Source: an uncultured Alphaproteobacteria bacterium (lineage in GTDB: Bacteria; Pseudomonadota; Alphaproteobacteria; SHNJ01). From it: DNA of 64,000 bases. The DNA is taken from NCBI GenBank assembly GCA_964458615.1, contig CAYWJR010000001.1, forward strand, positions 24,429 to 88,428, read 5' to 3'. The notes beneath the pieces are model-generated. The model made no database searches, had not been told where the DNA came from, and worked only from the letters and a program-made list of their open reading frames with translations. Of the stretch, positions 60,447 to 64,000 are shown in pieces. Within the stretch, counting starts at the first letter, position 1. Every line of letters starts with the position of its first letter. Position numbers and translations under genes: made by a program.

Positions 60447-60480
60447 CAATACAAAGAAAGAGCACCGCTTTCGCGGTGCT
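60447..60480 (-). terminator. Intrinsic terminator downstream of the RTX gene.
   Basis: Hairpin agcaccgc-tttc-gcggtgct, followed on the minus strand by CTTTCTTTGTATTG. Confidence 0.45.
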
Positions 60481-60508
60481 GAGGTAGGTTCGGTAGAGAA
60501 AACTTGGA

Positions 60509-63421
60509 TTACGCAATCACAACATCGTTCATGGTTACGCCGCCGCCCGCAAAGGTGACGTTGTTCAATTGCGCCATATTGACGAAATTCGATCCGTTTG
60601 CCAAACCGTCAATATCGACTTGCATCATGGTAAATCCGCCGCCATCCACAAAACGGACGAAATCCGACAATGGGGTGGTTCCGGAAACATAACCGCTTAA
60701 TACATCTTCCAATCGAATCGTATCCGATCCGGTTTGGAAATCTTGAATGACTTCGGATGCCGAACCTTCGCTGACATCGCGATAAACAAAAGCATCCGCG
60801 CCCGCGCCGCCGACCAAATGATCGTTGCCGGCGCCGCCGTAAATGACATCATTGCCGTTTTCGCCGTACAATCTGTCGTTGCCACTGCCACCGTCAAGAT
60901 TGTCGTTGCCGTCACGCGAGTAAATGACATCGTCTCCGGCGCCACCTAAAATCGTATCGTTGCCTGCGTTGGTGAAAACATAATCGTTGCCATTGCCAGC
61001 ATCGACATCGACGTCGACATTGTATGAAAAACGGCTGCTCAACAAATGCAACACGTCATTGCCGTCGCCAAGATCGAAATGTTCGACGTCTTTGATCAAC
61101 TGTGTATCCAAAATTGACGCATCGATTTGCGGTGTTTCGATACCTGCGATAATAGATACCGCCCGGCCATCAATGATAAACACATCCGCACCGGCGGTTC
61201 CAAGAACCGAATCGTAACCGTCGCCGCCATCGTAAACGTCTTGATATATAATCTTTCCTTGGATAGGCGCGTTGTGCCCATACGAATTTAAAACGTTGCC
61301 AACGGTCGCAGCAGGCGACAACCATGTGCCGTCGCCTTGATCGTTAAAGAACATATCGTTGCCAGCGCCGCCGCGGATAACATCAATACCCAAGCCACCG
61401 GTTAAAATGTCATGGCCATCGCCACCATCGATTAAATCGTTGCCAGTGCCGCCATAAACCAAATCGTCGCCCGCGCCCGAAGAAATAACGTCGCGTCCCG
61501 CGCCGCCATCTATCGAATCATGGCCGTCTTGTGTCCAAATCACGTCGTTGCCGTTGCCCGCATCGACAATAACGTCGTCGAACGAAACCGTCGCACTGCG
61601 CATGTCTAAAATATCGTTGCCATCGCCCAGAACAAATTCTTCGATGCCAAGCAATCTGGATTCACCAGGAACCGGAGATGGATTGACGTTATCATCCGCC
61701 AAAATCCAATCATTGCCGGATGTCGCGGTCAAAGTATCGAAACCGTTGCCGCCCAAATAAATGTCATGCGACATATTCATGGTGGTGTTCACCATGCTGC
61801 GCACGGCATATGCGTCCAACGATGCGATATTTTCAATCGCAGTCGGCAACAACCATGTGCCCGGAGGCGTGATCGAACCCGAATTGGTCCAAACCGCATC
61901 GACACTGTAACGCAACGTATCGTTGCCGTCGCCGCCGAACAATAAATCCACGCCGGTGCCGCCATCCAAAATATCGTTGCCCGCGCCGCCATTGATAATG
62001 TCGTCGCCTGCATTGCCGTTCAATACATCGTCGCCGTCTTCGGCATCGTCGCCGATAATATCGTCGCCGTCGCCGCCGTTAATCACATCATTGCCGGCAT
62101 CGCCGAATAAATAATCGTCGCCGGAATCGCCATCGATATTGTCGTTGCCCAGGCCGCCTTCGATTAAATCGCTGCCTGCGCCGCCGGAAATATTATCGTT
62201 GCCATCGTTACCGGCAATATCGTCGTCGCCGTCGTCGCCGAACAACATATCGTCGCCAGCGCCGCCGAATACAACGTCGTTACCCGAACCGCCACGAATG
62301 GTATCGTTACCATCATTGCCTTCGATGTAATCGTTGCCATCGTCACCGTTAATGGTGTCGTTACCGGCATCGCCGTATAAATTGTCATCGTCCGCGCCGC
62401 CGGAAATATTGTCGTTGCCGTCGCCGCCGGAAATTGTATCCATGCCGCCGTTGCCGGACAATTGATCGTTGCCAGCATCGCCGTCGATTAAATCGTTCAA
62501 GCTGCCGCCAACGACCGTGTCATTGCCAGCGCCTGCGTGGAATGTGAATGTTGGATCAAAACCCGCAGCAGTAGCGGCGGCCAAACTGTCGGCCAAAATT
62601 ACCACGTCATCGCCGTTCAATGCGTCATATTGAGTACCAGCCAAATAAGTACCGGCCACAACGTTATTGAAATTCACCGTGTCGTTTTGCTCCGTAAACA
62701 AGCCGTTTGGTGGCGGCGGCGGAGGTGGCGGCGGAGGTGGCGGCGGCGGAGGTGGCGGCGGTGGCGGCGGCGGAGGTGGTGGTGGCGGTGGCGGAGGTGG
62801 TGGTGGCGGCGGTGGCGGTGGTGGTGGTGCCACATCTCCGGCTTGAGCTACAACCAAAACCGAACGCTCCAATCTGTCGCCTGCTCCCGCAGATCCCAAA
62901 CCGTCGTCTTGTGCCAATCCAATCGCACGAACGCCTGGCAATGTGCCAGCATCTTCAAAACGCGAAAAAGCCGAACCGCTATTTGCTTCGGATCCGCCTT
63001 CTGCTGTTTGGATTAAACCGATTCTGTTCAATAATGCTTCTAAATCTGGGCCGGATATATCGCCGTTATCGGCCAATTTCAAATGCGGAGGATTCGATTC
63101 TTTCGATGTCTTAAAGAAATCGACCAAAACCGTTTCTTTGCCGCTTGCGTCTTTGATGATTAAATTTTGTCCATCAACCGTCATTTTGGAATCCGACAAG
63201 TTGATCTTGCTTAGATCGATATTTTTGTTGGTGTTGGTATCGATTAAGGTTTTTTCAGGAATAGCGGCCAGTTTAGGCGATACTTTTTGTGCGGTATCGA
63301 CAACTTTTTTCGCTTGTTTGTGAGAGGCATCGACAGATTTGTCGGCGACAACTTTGGCTTTTGCAGTGGATTTAACCGCTGATTTTTTGATGCCGGTGTC
63401 GCATTTTGGATCTACAGCCAT
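60509..63421 (-). CDS. Large RTX-type calcium-binding repeat protein (T1SS substrate), 970 aa, with a ~40-residue homopolymeric proline tract.
   Basis: Dozens of GGxGxDxUx nonapeptide repeats (e.g. GGAGNDILDGGTGVDLLFGGDGNDTL) arranged in two duplicated modules. Lys-rich N-terminal region. Pro tract encoded at 62707..62826. C-terminus ...GGGVTMNDVVIA fits an uncleaved T1SS signal. Lies between tolC and hlyB. Confidence 0.85.
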   Translation of the reverse strand: MAVDPKCDTGIKKSAVKSTAKAKVVADKSVDASHKQAKKVVDTAQKVSPKLAAIPEKTLIDTNTNKNIDLSKINLSDSKMTVDGQNLIIKDASGKETVLVDFFKTSKESNPPHLKLADNGDISGPDLEALLNRIGLIQTAEGGSEANSGSAFSRFEDAGTLPGVRAIGLAQDDGLGSAGAGDRLERSVLVVAQAGDVAPPPPPPPPPPPPPPPPPPPPPPPPPPPPPPPPPPPPPPPPNGLFTEQNDTVNFNNVVAGTYLAGTQYDALNGDDVVILADSLAAATAAGFDPTFTFHAGAGNDTVVGGSLNDLIDGDAGNDQLSGNGGMDTISGGDGNDNISGGADDDNLYGDAGNDTINGDDGNDYIEGNDGNDTIRGGSGNDVVFGGAGDDMLFGDDGDDDIAGNDGNDNISGGAGSDLIEGGLGNDNIDGDSGDDYLFGDAGNDVINGGDGDDIIGDDAEDGDDVLNGNAGDDIINGGAGNDILDGGTGVDLLFGGDGNDTLRYSVDAVWTNSGSITPPGTWLLPTAIENIASLDAYAVRSMVNTTMNMSHDIYLGGNGFDTLTATSGNDWILADDNVNPSPVPGESRLLGIEEFVLGDGNDILDMRSATVSFDDVIVDAGNGNDVIWTQDGHDSIDGGAGRDVISSGAGDDLVYGGTGNDLIDGGDGHDILTGGLGIDVIRGGAGNDMFFNDQGDGTWLSPAATVGNVLNSYGHNAPIQGKIIYQDVYDGGDGYDSVLGTAGADVFIIDGRAVSIIAGIETPQIDASILDTQLIKDVEHFDLGDGNDVLHLLSSRFSYNVDVDVDAGNGNDYVFTNAGNDTILGGAGDDVIYSRDGNDNLDGGSGNDRLYGENGNDVIYGGAGNDHLVGGAGADAFVYRDVSEGSASEVIQDFQTGSDTIRLEDVLSGYVSGTTPLSDFVRFVDGGGFTMMQVDIDGLANGSNFVNMAQLNNVTFAGGGVTMNDVVIA
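62707..62826. repeat. 120-bp GGN/CCN trinucleotide simple-sequence repeat encoding the poly-Pro tract.
   Basis: 40 consecutive NGG triplets on the plus strand (ggtggcggcggcggaggt...). The antisense frames give spurious Arg/Trp-rich and Ala/Val-rich ORFs (62537..63016, 62707..63114). Confidence 0.9.
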
Positions 63422-63545
63422 ATTCTACCTCTACCTAGTTCGAACAATTATTAACTTTTTATTTGCATTTATTAATGCTTGTTTAATGATCGTAACTTAA
63501 AAAGAGACGATTTGCAACAAGAAAATTTGTAATTTGTTAATAACT

Positions 63546-63592
63546 AAGGGCTCTTATCTTGAATGATAAGAGCCCTTTAACTAATTGTTTTT
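63546..63592. terminator. Perfect 13-bp inverted repeat hairpin (bidirectional terminator) between tolC and the RTX gene.
   Basis: AAGGGCTCTTATC-ttgaat-GATAAGAGCCCTT, followed by taactaattgttttt. Confidence 0.5.
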
Positions 63593-63602
63593 AATAGTAT
63601 TT

Positions 63603-64000
63603 TTAGTAAGAAGCGACTTTTTGAATCTCTGGAACTTTAACCCCAAGATTGCTGTTCAAAACGCCCATAACCGACATTAACCGGTAAGCGCCGAACAAAG
63701 CCGTATATTCCGCAGTGACCAAATCGCTGCGAGCCAAGAACAATTCGTTTTCCGAATCCAACAAATCCAGCAAGCTGCGTTGACCCAATTCGAATTGTTT
63801 CAGGTACGCATCGCGAACGCGTTCGTTCGCCCCGGTAACGTTACGCAAAGTAACAACCCGTTCCCGCGCCGACGCCATAGCGTTCCAGGCAAAACGGGCT
63901 TGTTCCGATTGAATTCTTTCAACGCGCGATACGACATCGCGGGCGCGCGAACGGCGCAACAATGCGCTTTCTTTGCGCGCATCGTCGGATCCGCCCTTGA
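63603..64000 (-). CDS. tolC: TolC-family outer membrane efflux protein. Only the C-terminal part is in the window; the gene continues past the right edge.
   Basis: C-terminal TolC helices (YLKQFELGQRSLLDLLDSENELFLARSDLVTAEY). The reading frame stays open to the window edge (…KGGSDDARKESALLRRSR…). The 'M' in the track ORF is an internal TTG. Confidence 0.75.
   Translation of the reverse strand, partial: KGGSDDARKESALLRRSRARDVVSRVERIQSEQARFAWNAMASARERVVTLRNVTGANERVRDAYLKQFELGQRSLLDLLDSENELFLARSDLVTAEYTALFGAYRLMSVMGVLNSNLGVKVPEIQKVASY

Noticed and set aside
62537-63114. ORFs translating the GGN repeat as poly-Arg/Trp (62537..63016) or poly-Ala/Val (62707..63114).
   Set aside because: These are frame artefacts of the CCN/GGN microsatellite on the strand opposite the RTX gene.
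1-64000. Looked for CRISPR arrays, IS elements/transposases, integrases, prophage genes and rRNA.
   Set aside because: No direct-repeat/spacer arrays, no DDE transposase, tyrosine recombinase or phage structural ORFs, and no rRNA-like sequence were seen. The accessory material here is inserted single genes or small cassettes without visible mobility genes.

Overview
This window is an alphaproteobacterial-type chromosomal segment of about 50% GC with AT-rich intergenic spacers. It is made of several conserved synteny blocks. Starting from the left edge:

- motB (partial) and motA
- a valine-catabolism pair (acyl-CoA dehydrogenase, 3-hydroxyisobutyryl-CoA hydrolase)
- SCO1 and znuCBA behind a Zur-box-like palindrome
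- tRNA-Ser(TGA)
- mltB-rlpA-dacC, then tmk-holB-metG-tatD-MBL hydrolase
- mazG, and hfq-hflX
- ntrX-ntrY, a small Fis-like ORF, dusB, then ispDF-pgpA-cinA
- lipA-lpdA-pdhC-pdhB-pdhA, and mfd-sdhE-recG
- a complete type I secretion locus (tolC-RTX-hlyB-hlyD) at the right edge

Accessory material is inserted between these blocks. It includes an Amt-domain/histidine-kinase fusion convergent with a PAS-HK-REC-Hpt hybrid kinase. There are two secreted proteins with homopolymeric proline tracts: about 40 Pro in the RTX protein and about 13 Pro in a small secreted protein. Two orphan LivJ-type binding proteins sit inside the PDH cluster, and the PdhC E2 starts directly at its subunit-binding domain with no lipoyl domain. 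There are also several blocks of hypothetical genes. ntrB and ntrC are absent; a 105-aa Fis-like HTH ORF sits translationally coupled to dusB where they would normally be. I saw no rRNA, CRISPR array, transposase or integrase. All functional calls come from reading the translated ORFs for family motifs and from gene order; no database search was possible.
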